This document shows, in pieces, positions 36,778 to 52,749 of a stretch of 64,000 nt of DNA (its first letter is position 1; the number at the start of each line of letters is the position of its first letter). This DNA comes from Eledone cirrhosa (Eukaryota). The translations under genes and the position numbers were made by a program. Location: contig OZ024741.1 of NCBI GenBank assembly GCA_964016885.1, forward strand, positions 227,726,001-227,790,000, read 5' to 3'. Below the pieces are notes generated by a model. It made no database searches and was not told the origin of the DNA. It worked only from the letters and a program-made list of their open reading frames with translations.

Positions 36778-39700
36778 CTACAGGCTTATAAACAGAGAAG
36801 GCCCAATCACTCGGGCCATTTTTGCCACATTCACCCACCTTTCAGTAAATTTACTGGGGTGCAGTGCCTCTCTCTCCACTCTGATTCTGCTTCTAAAGTG
36901 ATACTTAAAGAAGGGAATCAATTGTTGTCCGGAGAGAAAGGCGTCTGTCCTCAGTCCTCTCAATCTCGTCCACCATATAACCTCTTTCACCATAGCCCCT
37001 ATACAGAGGAAAACCGCCTCTCTTTCGTTTTTGAAAGAGGTTGGCGGTTTGATCCTTACTATGTACTCGGCAAGTCAACCGGATTTGTCCCATACGCGAC
37101 AACAGTTGTTCTGCATAGTTCCACAGTTCGGTTACGCCCGGGCAGTGTACAATTGCGTGTAGGACGGTTTCAATGTCCTGTGCGCATCTTGGACACGTCC
37201 TCTTGGAAGGATCCCTGCCGGGGCGTCCGTGCCTGTAAATCTTGTCACGAACCGGTAGAGCTTCTCGGTAGCACTGCCAGGCCAGGGACCTCTGGAAGTT
37301 GTCCGTAGGTCCCGGGCGGAAAGTCCTACCAAACAGACTGCTGAGCTCATCGTCTTCGACGCCCAGAGTCTCTTCGAGCACGTCGTCGCCCTTGTAACGT
37401 ACAATCCCTCTATAGAATGTCGAACTGGAGTCTCCACTGATTGCTGTTCCCGCTTGCCAGAGGACTGTGAGCGCCTGAGCGCATTCAATGTGCCAGGCGC
37501 CTATCGTTTTCGGTCTTTTCTTGACCCAGGACTGCAGCTCCGTCAGCGAGACGAACTGCGGGAAAGCCTGTCTCACAAACGGTGTCCACACCGGTTGGGG
37601 GTCGGTGAGGAATACCTGTAGGTGCCGCAGTCTCAGCGCATGTTTGCGCATCATCAGCCACGGCATTCCCAGTCCTCCGTTGGAAGGGTGCTGACAGCAG
37701 ACGGATCTCCTCACCAGCGGAGCCTGCTTCTTCCACAGAAACTGGAAGAGCATGCATTCTATCTTGGCAAGGTGTTCACGGGGACAAGGCATGACAGTCA
37801 AGCGATAGTAGATGACGGACGATATGAAAGTGTTCGCCACCTCCGCTCGACCTTTCAAGGACAGTTTGCACTCTTCCCACTTCTGGGTGAGCGCAAACAC
37901 CTTGGCCGTTACCTCGTTCAAGTTTTTCTCCACCTGCAGGTCAGGACCGAACCAGAACCCGAGCAATTTCACCGGTCCGTCCGTCCAGCGTCCAACGACG
38001 CTGTCGGACGTCATCGGTTTGCCTCTCCACGTACGGAGTTGCAAACCGACAGACTTGTCCGGGTTTAGTTTTGCTCCCGTCAGCGTTTCGTATTCTTTCA
38101 GTAAGTTGCCGATCACCCCCATTTCTGAGGTGCTCGGCACCATTAGCGTCACGTCGTCGGCATAAGCCGACGCCGCTTTGCGCAGTTCCGGTTCTAGAGG
38201 GATGCCCTGCAACAGCTCCAATTTCCGGAGTAGTGGCTCTAGAGTCAATACATACAGAATGGAGGAGAGAGGGCATCTATGTCGAATGGAACGCGTGATT
38301 GCGAACGGCTCCGAGCAGATGCTGGTGTGCATTGCCTCGATCCAGCCTCTGAAAACGGGATCGAAACAGGCCGCCTTGAGAACCGCTCCCAAGTACCGAT
38401 GGTCGACCCTATCGAACGCCTTAGACTGATCCAAATTGATCAGAGCCCCACCGAAGCCGGGTTTACTGCCCACCCTCTCTATGATGTATCGCATGAGGTG
38501 GAGGTTGTCGTGTATGGACCTGATCGGGATTGCACACGTTTGCGCTTTCCCTACCAGGTTCTCGACGACAAGCGCCAACCTCGTCGCTAGCACCTTGGCC
38601 AAAATCTTTAACTTTATGTTGAGCAGAGTTATGGGCCTGAAGTTGTTAATTTCGTCCCCCTTGTTCTCGTTTTTCCTGATCAGCGTTACTACGCCCTTGC
38701 CTGCAGAACTTGGAATTCTCCCGTTCTGCTGCCAATTGCAGTAGACGGCTTAGAGGACGCCAGAGAACAAGTCCGGCATGCCAATGTAAAACTTATAGGG
38801 TAGACCATCTAGACCTGGTGACTTGCGTTTCCCGCATGGCCCGGAGCGTCCCGTATCTCAGTGTCCGTGATCGGTCTTTCGCAGAACTCGGCGTCCGTTT
38901 TCGAGAGACGTGGCAAACCGTCGAGGTATGAACTAAAGTCCATTTCCCCGTTCGGCTCACCGTCGTTCTGCTCAAACAGTCGCGCAAAGTGCTGCTGAAA
39001 GGCTGCGCACATTCGCTTGGGGTCAAGTAGCACGCGCCCGTTTTGGTCTTTCAAAGACCGAATCGTGGTCTTGTTGTCACGTTTTTCCTCCGCCACTCGG
39101 GCCCAGCTGACAGCTTTCGCTCCTTCGTTTCCTAGAGCACGTGTTTTGCTTCTGACCACGCAGCCTTCGTGTTTCCCGTCGAAGAACTGGTTTAGTTCCG
39201 TTCTCGACGATAACACTCTAGCCGCATTGCCACTTCTAAGTGCCTCCTCTATCTTGGCTACTAGTTCTTTTTCTATTTTGTTTTTCTCTAAGGCTAACTC
39301 TCTGCTAAACTCCATCGATTCTACTCTAATTGTTTTCTTGAGAGAGTACCACCATCTATTGTTGACGATGGCTCCCGTTAACTGTTGCTTGACTAGTCTA
39401 CTAATCCGTTCACTGTAAGCTTTACGTGCCGGCAACGACACGTTCAGCTTTCAGTATGCGGGTCCCTGTCTATGTATTCTATCACGGTTGACTAAGCAGA
39501 CGACTAATTTGTGATCTGAGTAGGCAACCATGTGCATTCCTGGACAGCTTAATATATCCTTGTCCCTTTATGTAATGAAGAACCTATCTAAATACGATCT
39601 AGATATCCGGCTGCGGTTTGCCCACGTCCACTGTGGTGCAGTCGGGAAACCCAGTCGATAACTATCGGCCAGTTGGAATTCGCCGATTAAAGTTTTGAGG

Positions 39701-40188
39701 CTGTTTCACCCCCCGCCTCTACTGGGACATGCTCCCACATAGTCCCAACGTGCATCTAGGATACCATTCCAGTTCCCCACTAAAAGTAAGGAGCGAGATA
39801 TTCCCAGAAAAGACTCTAGACGCTTAAAGAAGTCTGGCCGTGATTGCGATTGCCCGGTCGGGGCATAAACGGCCACCAGTCTGAAGGCTCCACCTCCAAT
39901 ACTGTTCACGTCTAGGACTACCAGTCTACCCTCCGGGTCCAAGTGTACTTGCTGTACAGGTTCTTCCGAAACATGACAGCCATTCCCCTCCACCTCCTGG
40001 CTGACAGAGAGATGCGTAGATCTCAAAGTCGTCGAAGATGGGGCTTGTTGCTGCCTGTTGTGGATCCTGGACTCGGTGATGGCTATCACATCCATACCGT
40101 ATGACCTAACGTCGTTTAAATGTAGGCCCTGTTTCCATGGCATCCCTAGGCCACGCACATTCACGCATCCAACTCGTAAACTAGCCAT
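36778..40188 (-). pseudogene. Tx1-like ORF2: AP endonuclease, RT and C-terminal zinc finger
   Basis: MASLRVGCVNVRGL, AVYAP, LLVGNWN, YLDRF, SDH, RPITLLN, LDQSKAFDRVDH, AYADDVT, CPRC..ETVLHAIVHC; frameshifts and stops. Confidence 0.9.
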
Positions 40189-40314
40189 GTTGGTGAAGAA
40201 GAGTTGGAGAAAAAGGACGAAAGGTGCAATTACCTTTTCGTTTCCTGAGATCAGGTTGTTCAATCTCCATTTCATTTCTGGTGGGGGTGTTGGGTGGGGT
40301 GGGGGAAACATTTT

Positions 40315-42130
40315 AATAAGACGCGGTTAATAGGTTTTCGACTGGGGTTGCCAACATCCTGCGAAAATTGTTCTTTCAATTTCTGATAGGTTTCTATCGA
40401 AACCCTTATTAGTTTTAGGTGTGGAGACGATTCTGCTTTGACGAAAGTTTGCCCCACCTCCCCGTCTCCACCTTGGGGTTTTGGGAGATGACCTCCATCA
40501 AACTCTTGTTGTTTGTGTTGATGTATGCGTATTGTTGTTTGTGTTTTTGTTGTGTTGTTTTAGTTTGTTGTTCGTCCGGGAGTTTTCTTTTTATGGTGGG
40601 GTCTTGTGTTTGGGGTGGTGTTGGTGTTGGTTTTGCTGGTAGGAGGATGTTTGAGTGTGGTGTTGTTTGTGTTGTTGTTTGTGTCTGTAGTTGTGTGTTG
40701 GTGTTGGTGATTGGAGTTTTGGTGGTTTTGTGGTGTTTCTTTTTTGGTCTTTTATATTTCCTAGGCTCTCCTTCTTCACTTAAAGAAGGAGAAGCAACCT
40801 CATCTGTTAATGAATAACCATCGTCAGGAGTGTGGGTTAAGGGTATGTTGTGTGGTGGTGGTGTTTAGGTGTGTGTGTTTGTGGTAGTGTTTGATGGAGT
40901 GGGATGGGGTGGGGCTGTGTTCTTCAGGGGTGTTGTCCGTGTTTTTTCTGTTGTTGTTGGTTGAGTGGCTGTTTGTTTTGGTGTGTTTGCTCGTTTCGTC
41001 TGTTGCTGTACTTGTGATGGTGATTGTTTTGGTGTTGGTGTTGGTAATAGTGTTTTTTTAATGATGTTGTTGTGGTGTGTTTGTGAAGGACAGTAGGCTT
41101 TTAGGTGTGCTGTGTTACCACAGCGAAAGCAATGAAATTTACGCCCCTCCACCGAAATGTTTACTTTCTTGTTCTCGTCGATGACGACCTTTTCGGGTAT
41201 TTTGAAGATTCTCTCCGGCTTCATTTGCATCAGAATCTCCAAATCAGTACCCGCCCACCTTTGTCTAATAGACTTTCGAATTGAAAGAATGGCATCAGTC
41301 TCTAGCTCTACGAAGCCAGCCAAGATCCACCAGATGTTAATGTTTGGTGGTATATTTTTTATTTTCATTTTTGTGTCCTTTTTCCCATGTACATAGGGAA
41401 AAAGGTGAATGCTTTTGACACCATTGGTGTCACAGAATGTTTGTGGGCGAGTGCCTCGCTTTTAAACAGTACGGAAACACTTCCGTACTGTTTTCCTCGT
41501 TGGAGAAAGTCAATATTTGCTAGAGTCGTCTTTAAGATGGCTTCTATGTCTGCTTGACTAACAAATATTGGCTTTCTCGTTGTGTTGGAGACAGTCCTGA
41601 AGGTCACTATCCTTCGAACTGTCTCTTCTTTTATTTCGAGGGGTGAGTTGATTCTAAACCCACCCTTGTCTTCGAAAGTTACAAATTGTCTCCCTTGCTC
41701 GAGCATATTTCTTGCATTGGAGATGTCAAGATTTATAAAATCTTGTTTTTTGTTCACTGTTTCAGCGAAAGACATTTTTTTCTGGTGTTGCTGTTGTGTT
41801 ATCGTTGTTAGCCTCGGTGTTGGAAATCGCAATTTCTTGACGAGGTGAAATTTTATCTGTAGATGTATCTATGGAGTTGTTGTTGTTGGCTGTTTCATGT
41901 TTATGTATATTAATAGGTTTAATTCCTGTGTTTTCTTGTGTGTTATTTTTCTCCGCTTCGACGGTAGAAATTTTGAAATCTTTAAGTGGTAATATTATTT
42001 ATTTCTCTTTGTTGACAGTCGTATCCATGACGACGTCTATAGTGGAAGAAGCAGATATAACGTTAATATCTGCCTCTCTACCTCTCTTCTCTCTGTCAAC
42101 GTTCTCCAGCGTTCTTTCCACGCTATTCAT
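40315..42130 (-). pseudogene. Tx1-like ORF1 (gag-like) with CCHC knuckle
   Basis: CFRCGNTAHLKAYC preceded by ISVEGR; low-complexity T/P/Q tail; frameshifted. Confidence 0.75.
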
Positions 42131-42324
42131 GTTTTATAGTTGGCAAAATTTGATATTTTAAAACAATTTTTAAATTAAATTTTCGCCCCAATTCAGCTTG
42201 GGGGTTAATCTACAAAATGATATGTTTTTTCAAACAATTTGTTCAGTTTTTTGTATAGAAATTTACAAAAAAGCTTACCGGCGATGTTCCACGCGTCAGG
42301 CAGTTAGGGAGATACATAGATATC

Positions 42325-44487
42325 TTTCTTTATTTGCCACAGGGGCCTACAAAAATGGGACATTACAAGACGTGAAGGCGGGGGTTTTACATAAAAATAA
42401 TTTAACATTAATAAATAACAATAAAATATATAATAAAATAGCAATTGAAATCCCCAATAGGGGCAACGTTACTGCAGGGTTGTTTTATACCCCGTGGATA
42501 GAACAACCTTCAACACCAGGAACACGTTTTGTAGGTGTTCCTGTCTTCCCTCTGTTTATCTTCCTCAACCTACAGGTTTGTATACAGAGAAGGCCCATTC
42601 ACTCGGGCCATTTTTGCCACATTCACCCACCTTTCAGCGAATTTACTGGGGTGTAGCACCTCTCTCTCCACTCTCATCTTCCTTCTGAAGTGATATTTAA
42701 AGAAGGGGATAAGTTGTTGTCCGGAGAGAAAGGTGTTTGCCCTCAGTCCTTTTAACCTCGTCCACCATATTACCTCTTTCGCCATAGCCACCAGACAGAG
42801 GAAAACCGCCTCTCCTTCGTTCTTAAATGAAGGCGGCGGGGTGATCCTCACGATTGACTCGGCTGACAACTGGATGCGTCCCACACGTGACAACAGTTGT
42901 TCGACATAACTCCACAGGTCGGTCATCCCTGGGCACTGAACAATTGCGTGCAGAACGGTTTCGATGTCCTGCTCGCATCTTGGACAGGTCTTTTTGGCAG
43001 GATCTCGGCCAGGGCGTCCGTGCCTGTAGATTTTGTATCGAACTGGTAGAGCTCCTCGGTAGCACTGCCAGGCCAGAGACCTCTGGAAGTTATCCATAAG
43101 CCCTGGACGGAAAGTCCTCCCGAACAGACTGGTCAGTTTGTCCTCCTCGATGCCTAGAGTTTCCCCAAGAACGTCGTCGCACTTATCATTCACTTAATTC
43201 CCTATAGAATGTCGAAGTAGAGTCTCCGCTGATTGCCGTTTCCGCTTGGTAGAGGGCTGTGAGCAGCTGTAGGCACTCGAGGTGCCAGGCACCCATTTTC
43301 GCTCTTCGCTTGACCCAGGACTGCAGCTCTGTTAGTGTGACGAGTTGTGGAAGAGCTTGTCTCACAAACGATAGCCACACCGGTTCACCGGTCAGGAATA
43401 CCTGGAGATGGCGTATCCTCAGCGCATTTTTGCGCATCATAAGCCACGGCATGCCCAGCCCTCCGCTAGAAGAGTGTTGACAGCAGATGGATCTCCTCAC
43501 CAATGGAGCCTGTTTCTTCCAGAGTAGGCGTTCCATTTTGGTAAGGTATTCGCGGGGGCAAGGCACGACTGTCAAGCGGTAGTAGATGACGGACGCTATG
43601 TAAGTGTTCGCCACCTCCGCTCGACCTTTCAAGGAGAGTTTGCACTCAGCCCACTTCTGGGTGAGTGCAAACACCTTCGCCGTGACCTCGCTCCAGTTCT
43701 TGTCCACCTGGAGGTCTGGACCGAACCAGACCCCGAGCAATTTCACCGGTCTTTCCGTCCAGCGTCCAACGACACTGTCAGAAGGCATGGGTTTGCCTCT
43801 CCATGTGCCGAGTTGCAAACCGACAGACTTGTTTGGGTTTAGTCTTGCTCCTGTCAACGTTTCGTATTCCTGTAATAGGTTGCCGATTACCCTGATTTCC
43901 GAGGTTTACGACACCATTACGGTTATGCCGTCGGCATAGGCTGAGGCTGCTTTCCACAGTCCTGGTTCGATCGGGATGCCCTGCAACAGCTCCAATTTCC
44001 GCAGTAACGGCTCGAGAGTTAGTACATACAGAGGGCATCCCTGACGGATGGAACGCATGATTTGGAATGGCTCTGATAGGTAGCCATTCACCTTGACTGC
44101 CGAGCAGATGCTGGTGTGCATGGCAGCGATCCAGCCTCTGAAGACGGGACCGAAGCCGGCCGCCTTGAGAACTACTTCCAAGTATTGATCGTCGACCCTA
44201 TCAAATGCCTTAGACTGATCTAAATTGATCAGAGGCCCACCAAAGCCAGGTTTACACCCTACCATATCTATGATGTATCGCATGAGGTGGAGGCTGTCGT
44301 GTATGGACCTGGTCGGGATTGCACACGTTTGGGCTTCCCTACCAGGTTCTCGACGACAAGCGCCAGCCTTGTTGCTAACACCTTAGCCAAAATCTTTAAC
44401 TCTGTGCTGAGCAGGTTAAGGGCCTGAAATTGCTTATCTCATCCCCCTTGTTCTCATCTTTCCTGATCAGCGTTACTACCCCTCTGC
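42325..44487 (-). mobile_element. 5'-truncated second Tx1/L1-like copy (related subfamily)
   Basis: LDQSKAFDRV, IRQGCPL, AYADG, CPRCEQDIETVLHAIVQC; same 3' end; (TAGA)n at the 5' junction. Confidence 0.9.
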
Positions 44488-44558
44488 CTACATAGATAAA
44501 TAGATAGATGGATAGATAGATGCTGCTTTTTTTTTACGTGTAGATAGATATATAGATA

Positions 44559-45378
44559 CGAGGTAGACACAAGACTTTGAACAATCTTTGCGCATGTTAA
44601 GATCGTCATGAATGACTCTATGCACAGTGACCCCAGCCACTTAAAATTGTTTAGTAATCGCCAGAAAAGATGCACGACGGTCCGCGTTCAGAAATTTCCA
44701 ATTTTGCTGACCAGCTTTGGTGTCCTGATGTCCCTCTCCCTGCCACACGTCTCGTCGTTCTTCACCTGCTCCCTGCCCTTCTAAAACCTCACGTGACAGC
44801 GGAAAACAGTAGCCTGACTCAAGTAAGTTAATCTGTAAGCAGGCTTAACCCCTTAGCATTTACATTTCTCTATATTTACTATTGTATTTTCGCAGTAAAG
44901 GCTTTACCTCACATAATTATCTCACATAATTATCTCACATAACATTGAATCAATAAGATTTTGTTATTATTTATTTTGAGAACAATATCTGAACATCAGT
45001 ATGAGTGGCTAGTTACAGCCAGTTTGAGCAGAAAGAGGTGAGAGAATTCTGGCCGGATACGGCCGGTTTAAATGCTGAAGGGTTAAACATTTCATAGGTT
45101 TCTGCAGCGTATTTGCCGAGCTTGACACAAAACCTTATTGTATATCGAGCCTCCAAGTTGTCCTCACATCCTGACTGCATTGTGGAAACAGTCAGCTGTG
45201 ACTAATCGTGTATGACGGGTGGATTTTAAAGTGGTGTAGCGGCCCGAATCTTCAGCCTGGAAAAAGAGATTTGGCATGTTAGCTAATTATAACCATATAA
45301 AGGAGGTATTAGAACGACAGTTACGTAAGTCAATTAAAAGTGCCCGTAAAAGTCTAAAAACTTCTTGAATATACCTCG
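44559..45378. mobile_element. Mariner-type non-autonomous DNA transposon relic
   Basis: TA|CGAGGTAGACACAAGA .. TCTTGAATATACCTCG|TA imperfect TIRs with TA TSD. Confidence 0.6.
44849..45082. mobile_element. piggyBac-type MITE nested in the mariner relic
   Basis: TTAA|CCCCTTAGCATTT .. AAATGCTGAAGGG|TTAA. Confidence 0.7.
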
Positions 45379-45581
45379 TAGATAACTATAGATAGTGGTT
45401 GTTATATCACCTAGCGTCTAGCGGGTGGATGTGTCTGGACATAACTGTGTATACGAGAGCGAGGCAAAGTGGAAAATACCAAAGCACATACATTCTCACA
45501 TTATCACTTCCCGAATAAATGTGACACAATATGGTTGTCATGTGATCATATGTTTTATTATATGTTTTATATCATATGTTT

Positions 45582-45654
<73 letters not shown>

Positions 45655-45658
<4 letters not shown>

Positions 45659-47727
45659 TGCTTTGGGAGGGTCATGTTGCCAATAAGAAACACACGCACC
45701 AGTTGCTTTCACTTCAATTTATTATAAATTAAATTTCTAAATATAAGAATTTATAAATTTCCGGTTGGTTGGTTGGTTCCACAACCAGGCGATTGTTCAT
45801 ATATTGTCAAAGTTCTTTCGTCATACATTCTGTGGCCTCTTCAGTGATTGGGATTCTTTTCTTTGTTTTTGTGCCTCTCCTTTGTTCTGTCCTACGCCAT
45901 CTTGTTTTTGTGTGTGTTGTGTGTTTAGTTTGCGCATGTGTTACATCCGGGTGTCTGTGTGTGTTTATATTTGTTTATTTATTTGTTTATTTACATATTA
46001 CTAGTTGGTTGTTTGTTCTATGTGTGTGTTTTCATTTTGTCCTTAATTGTAAGTTGTGATGTTGCTATTCCATTCATGTTTTCTATTTAATTTTGGTTGG
46101 AGTTCATTTATGTTTATTGCCTCTGTGATTTGTCTAAACATTTCGTCTTTTCTGTGTGTAGATTCTATTTTTATTTCTATGTTCTCTAATTTACCCTTAT
46201 GTTCTATTTTAGCATTTTGGTGGAGTACAGATGATTCTTTACTAGCTTGAAGCTCTCGCCAGTGTTCATTTATCCGTTCTCCTATACTACGAGCTGTCTC
46301 ACGTATGTACACTATATTCTTATCTCTACATTGTCCTTCAGTACATCTTATGCTATATACTACATTTCTAGTTTTACAGTTAATATGGGGGCTTAGTTTA
46401 CATATTATACATTTCTTATCTATACAGGTAAGTCTTTGAAAAGGGTATGTATTGCTAATAAGTGTTTTTATGGAGGTACCTGGTCTTTCTACTATCTTAA
46501 TATTGAGTTTATGTTTATCTAGGCCCCTTCTAAATTTGTAAGCTAATTTACCTCTAGGGGTTGTATTGATGAACATTACACACAGGTATTTATTGCTATC
46601 ATACCATGAGTTTATTCTATTAACCTTATTCCTAGTTCTTTCTATTCTATTCCAAAATTTGTTCCTATACAAGGGGCAGGTCCCATTTGTATCATTATTT
46701 ACCATTTTTCCCATTTGATTCTGGCTCCTCTATATACTCTGATTTTATCTCTCTGATTGTAACCAGAGAACTGCATAAGGTGGATGAAGTGTTGTATGTG
46801 TCTCTCTAGTTCTTCGGGGTTGCACATGCGGGACACGTTTCTCATCACCCGTACCAAATCCGCAATCAGTATGTTGATTTTGGTGTGTGGTCCGAAACAG
46901 CTGAGTTTCGGTGGATCAGATGTTTGGAAGTCATGGGTTTGGCATAATGGCAATGAAGGATTTGCTTTTTGTTATTAATGGTATCTAACCAGAGCTCTGT
47001 GTCTAGTACAGGTAATCAATGGTTAGGGTGTTTGCTTGGGTAGTCTATAGTAACTCTAATACTCTGGTGGATGGAGTTAGCTATTTGCTGGATGCTTTCC
47101 ATTGTGTTTTTCTCTAATTCCTGACTGTTCTCTAGTGGGGGTGTTTTTACTACAATGTTTATATCATCTAGGTAGCGGGAGTACATTATCAGGGTTAAGA
47201 TGTTGCTGTTTTCTAATTGTTCTTTAAGTTTAAGTTTAAGTCTATTGTCCCATCATACCATGAATAGGTTAGCTATGTCACCTGCAATGCTAACACCAAT
47301 GGCTGCCCCCTCCTCATTAAATTTGAACATATGTTCCTTAAGGGTTAATTTTATACTGGCCCCCACCGCATGTGCAATCATTTTCTTTAGTTCATCGTGG
47401 TTTTCGGGGATCCGTATGGCTCTGGTCCACCCGGTCCATCTATCTGTGTGGGTTTTCTTGGCCATTGAGGTAATGGTAGGTGGTCTGCCTCTTGCTGGTC
47501 TTGTAGGGCACAGGTTGCTAAGGGCATATGTATCTAGATAATCATTATCCTAGGTAAGTTTAAGTAGGAGTCCTAGCTCATTGGTATCAATCCCACAGAA
47601 TTCAACATTGCTCTCACTGATCAGTGCTAAGGTCATATGTATCTAGATAATCATTATCCTAGGTAAGTTTAAGTAGGAGTCCCAGCTCACTGGTATCAAT
47701 CCCACGGGATTCAACATTGCTCTCACT
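45655..47727 (-). mobile_element. PLE of a different (non-Naiad) lineage: RT, GIY-YIG and 3' UTR with degenerate HHR (45807-45847)
   Basis: GAAIGVSIAGDIANLFM, YSRYLDDI, DYPSKHP..LPVLD, C..C..C..CKTRNVVY..YI.ETARS..ER..EH..EA..LN; HHR TCA-CTGAAGA..GAAAG(aa)CT-T-TGA. Confidence 0.85.
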
Positions 47728-47729
47728 AT

Positions 47730-48600
47730 TTGATTGTTTATGTTATGGCGTATAATTTTATATATTCTGGTACATATGGTTTGGCTATGTGTATACGGGA
47801 GTTTTGCGTCTGTGCGAGTATGCAGGTTCGTACGTATGTTGGGTGTGTGTATATGTGTACTTCATGTTTTGGTTGACTTACGTCTCCGAACATTCGTGTA
47901 TTTATATGTGGGTATGTGTGTGCGCTTGTTATATACGTATTTGTTTATTTATATACGTTTATATAATTATTTATTTATTTGTATACACGTATACACACAC
48001 ATATTTATATGTGCGTGATTTTGTATACCGATGGTAAGTGTTCTGCGTATGCTTGCGTATGTACGTATTTGTTTGCGTGTATGTATTTATTTATTTCTAT
48101 TACTTCTGTATTGTATTTATTTACTTTGCTCTTAACTCTGAAGCGGAGATTCATTCGGTCTCCTAGTTAGAATTTTAGTCTACGACTTCTGCTATACCAT
48201 TTACGTGGTTTTGTCTTTGCGTGCTATTGTTCCCACACTCCACATATGACGTATTATCTTCGTTTTTTCGTTCATTGCCAGAGAACGTCTCTATGAACCA
48301 CCCAAGAGAACATTAGTCTACGACCTCTTTTATACCATAAACGTGGTTCTGTCTTTGCGCGTAATTGTTTTTCACCGCTCCTATTAATGACGTATTATTC
48401 GTTTTTTCCCGTTCTTTGCCAGCGAACGTTTCCACGAACCAAAGTATCGTCTTCCTGTCTTCCTCGGGTTGCAACGTTTTTTGAAATATCCAGTTCTGCG
48501 TTTACAGATTGACTTTGTTAGTTTCAGAAGATCCCGTTAAGGGTGAAAGCAGCGATTCTTTGCTTAAACTTTAATCTGTTATTTTAATAAATATATGTAA
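47730..48600 (+). mobile_element. Solo 3' UTR/pLTR of family E with HHR at 48520-48570
   Basis: Links the 8930-9180 3' UTR with the 16300-16920 pLTR; AGTTT-CAGAAGA-T-CCC(gttaa)GGG-T-GAA-AGCA..TGCT-T-AAACT. Confidence 0.8.
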
Positions 48601-49097
48601 TATATATATATATTGGCGAACGAGTTGCACATATATATATATAAATGAATGAATACACATATGCATATATGTATGTATGCATGTATATATATATATATAC
48701 ATAGTTAAAAGGAAGCAAAAGGTGTAGTCCCGAGGGAAAGCTCGTCCATTCCAACTTGAAATTGAACTCAATTTTGAAAAGAATAAGTTCTCCGTTGAGA
48801 CTACACATTTTAACTGCATCCCAACATGCAGCGACTTCTACCATCTAGTTCTATATACTATAGAGTGAAAAGTGGGAAAAGTGAGTTAAAGTGAGTATAA
48901 ATCTAGTAAAAAAAATACATACAAGTAAATCGTGTTAATCAGTTGAAGGGTAACTAAAATACAGTGAGAGATTGCCGTGCTTGTCGTGATTATTAAAAAA
49001 TGCAAGTATTCGTATTAAAAGTTTACTCACGGGAGAGAAGAAAATATCATGCTGCCGATACCATAATATATAAGAGAGAAAATGCGCGGTATAAATA

Positions 49098-49266
49098 ATT
49101 GTTTCTACTTTAGGCACAAGGCCAGCAAATACCCAGTGCATTACTGGTACTTTATTTTATCGACCCGGTAAGGATGAAAGGCAAAGTCAACCTGGCGGGA
49201 TTTGAACTCAGATCGTAAAGGGACGTAACTATGCTGGAAAGCATGGCGTCCGACCCTCTACCGATA
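49098..49266 (-). mobile_element. tRNA-derived SINE
   Basis: Same family as 14891-15078. Confidence 0.85.
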
Positions 49267-49735
49267 TAATGGTGCTACATCATTACGTCAATAATCAAAT
49301 ACATGCAAAGAATTATATGTGCGGGTACAGGTGTCGCGCGGGCTTATGTATATGTGCGCGTGTTTATGTGTACGTGCTTGTATATGCATACCATGGCGGA
49401 TGTTTTCGTGTATGCATGTGTATGTACGTATATGGATGCGTGTATGCATATATTTAATTATTGTTGATTTCAATAACCTCTGTCATTTTCGTTCTACTAA
49501 TTTATTTACATTCTCGGCTTCAAAGTTAAGTATAATTGTTTCTACTTTAGGCACAAGGCCAGCAATTATTCCACTGTATAAAGTACCAGTAATACACGGG
49601 AATAATTGCTGGCCTTGTGCCTCAAGTAGAAACAATTATTCTTAACTTTGAAGCCGAGAATCATTCGGTTTCCTAAATAAAATATTAGTCTACGACTTCA
49701 TTTATACCATAAACGTGGTAAATATATATATATAT

Positions 49736-50324
49736 AACGGTTAAACTCACATGTAATAATTCTTTACACACTTCTCTCTGTGTAATATATTTGTATTTGA
49801 GCTCAGTTGAAAATTCTCTGTTCTTTGAGCTAATATTATTATTACTGTGAACTGCGGAATACTCTAATTCCGATCCTTGTATAATTAACGAGCTCCAAAT
49901 TGTTGAGCTAATAAATTCGAATGGTTGGGCTGCTCTCTCTAGCATCTCCCCAATTCATGAGAGCCGTTATTTGATGCAAATAACACGTGTTTTCGCCCTG
50001 CTCTGGGCAGCGTGTATATTTGCGTTCGCTCTTTCCATTAGGCTAGATGTGTAGCTAACAATTCCACACTTGCTGACTGAGGACCCTGTGGACTTTTACA
50101 CTACACATTTCAGTGGCGAAACGAAATAGATTCGTATCAGCAAGCTTATAGTTATAAGGTTGGTAATTTAAAACTCTACTTCGGCGATTTGATTCTGACT
50201 TAGGGTTCTTTCTATTTAATTGCCAACCCGTAGTTGTAGTTTTCCATACAGTAACGGTTAAACTCACAGGGTAATAATTCTTTACACACATCTCACTGTG
50301 TAACACACTTCTCTCTGTGTAATA

Positions 50325-50330
<6 letters not shown>
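49736..50330 (+). mobile_element. Non-coding 517-bp-period element with terminal redundancy and an HHR (50069-50144)
   Basis: AACGGTTAAACTCACA.. at 49736 and 50253; CTTGCTGA-CTGAGGA..GAA-ACGAA(ataga)TTCGT-A-TCAGCAAG; (TA)n flanks. Confidence 0.75.
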
Positions 50331-50401
<71 letters not shown>

Positions 50402-50431
50402 CACGTATCTCATGAACCAGGATTGAACCTA

Positions 50432-52572
<2,141 letters not shown>

Positions 52573-52749
52573 ATATGTATAAGCATGTATGTATATATAT
52601 ATCTATATATATATACACATATATATATATATATATATATACATAGATATAAGTATATATATTTACATAAATATACATATATATATTTATACACACACAC
52701 ACACACTTACACAAACACACACACACACATATATATATACTCACAATCT

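Larger units (their letters stand above)
36545..42309 (-). mobile_element. Near-full-length Tx1/L1-clade LINE, decayed
   Basis: ORF1 with zinc knuckle, ORF2 APE-RT-CCHC, 3' end GGCAAATAAAGAAA abutting (TATC)n. Confidence 0.9.

Noticed and set aside
36733-44038. Plus-strand and alternate-frame ORFs over the Tx1-like elements
   Set aside because: Antisense or shadow frames of GC-rich ORF2 with no recognisable motifs.
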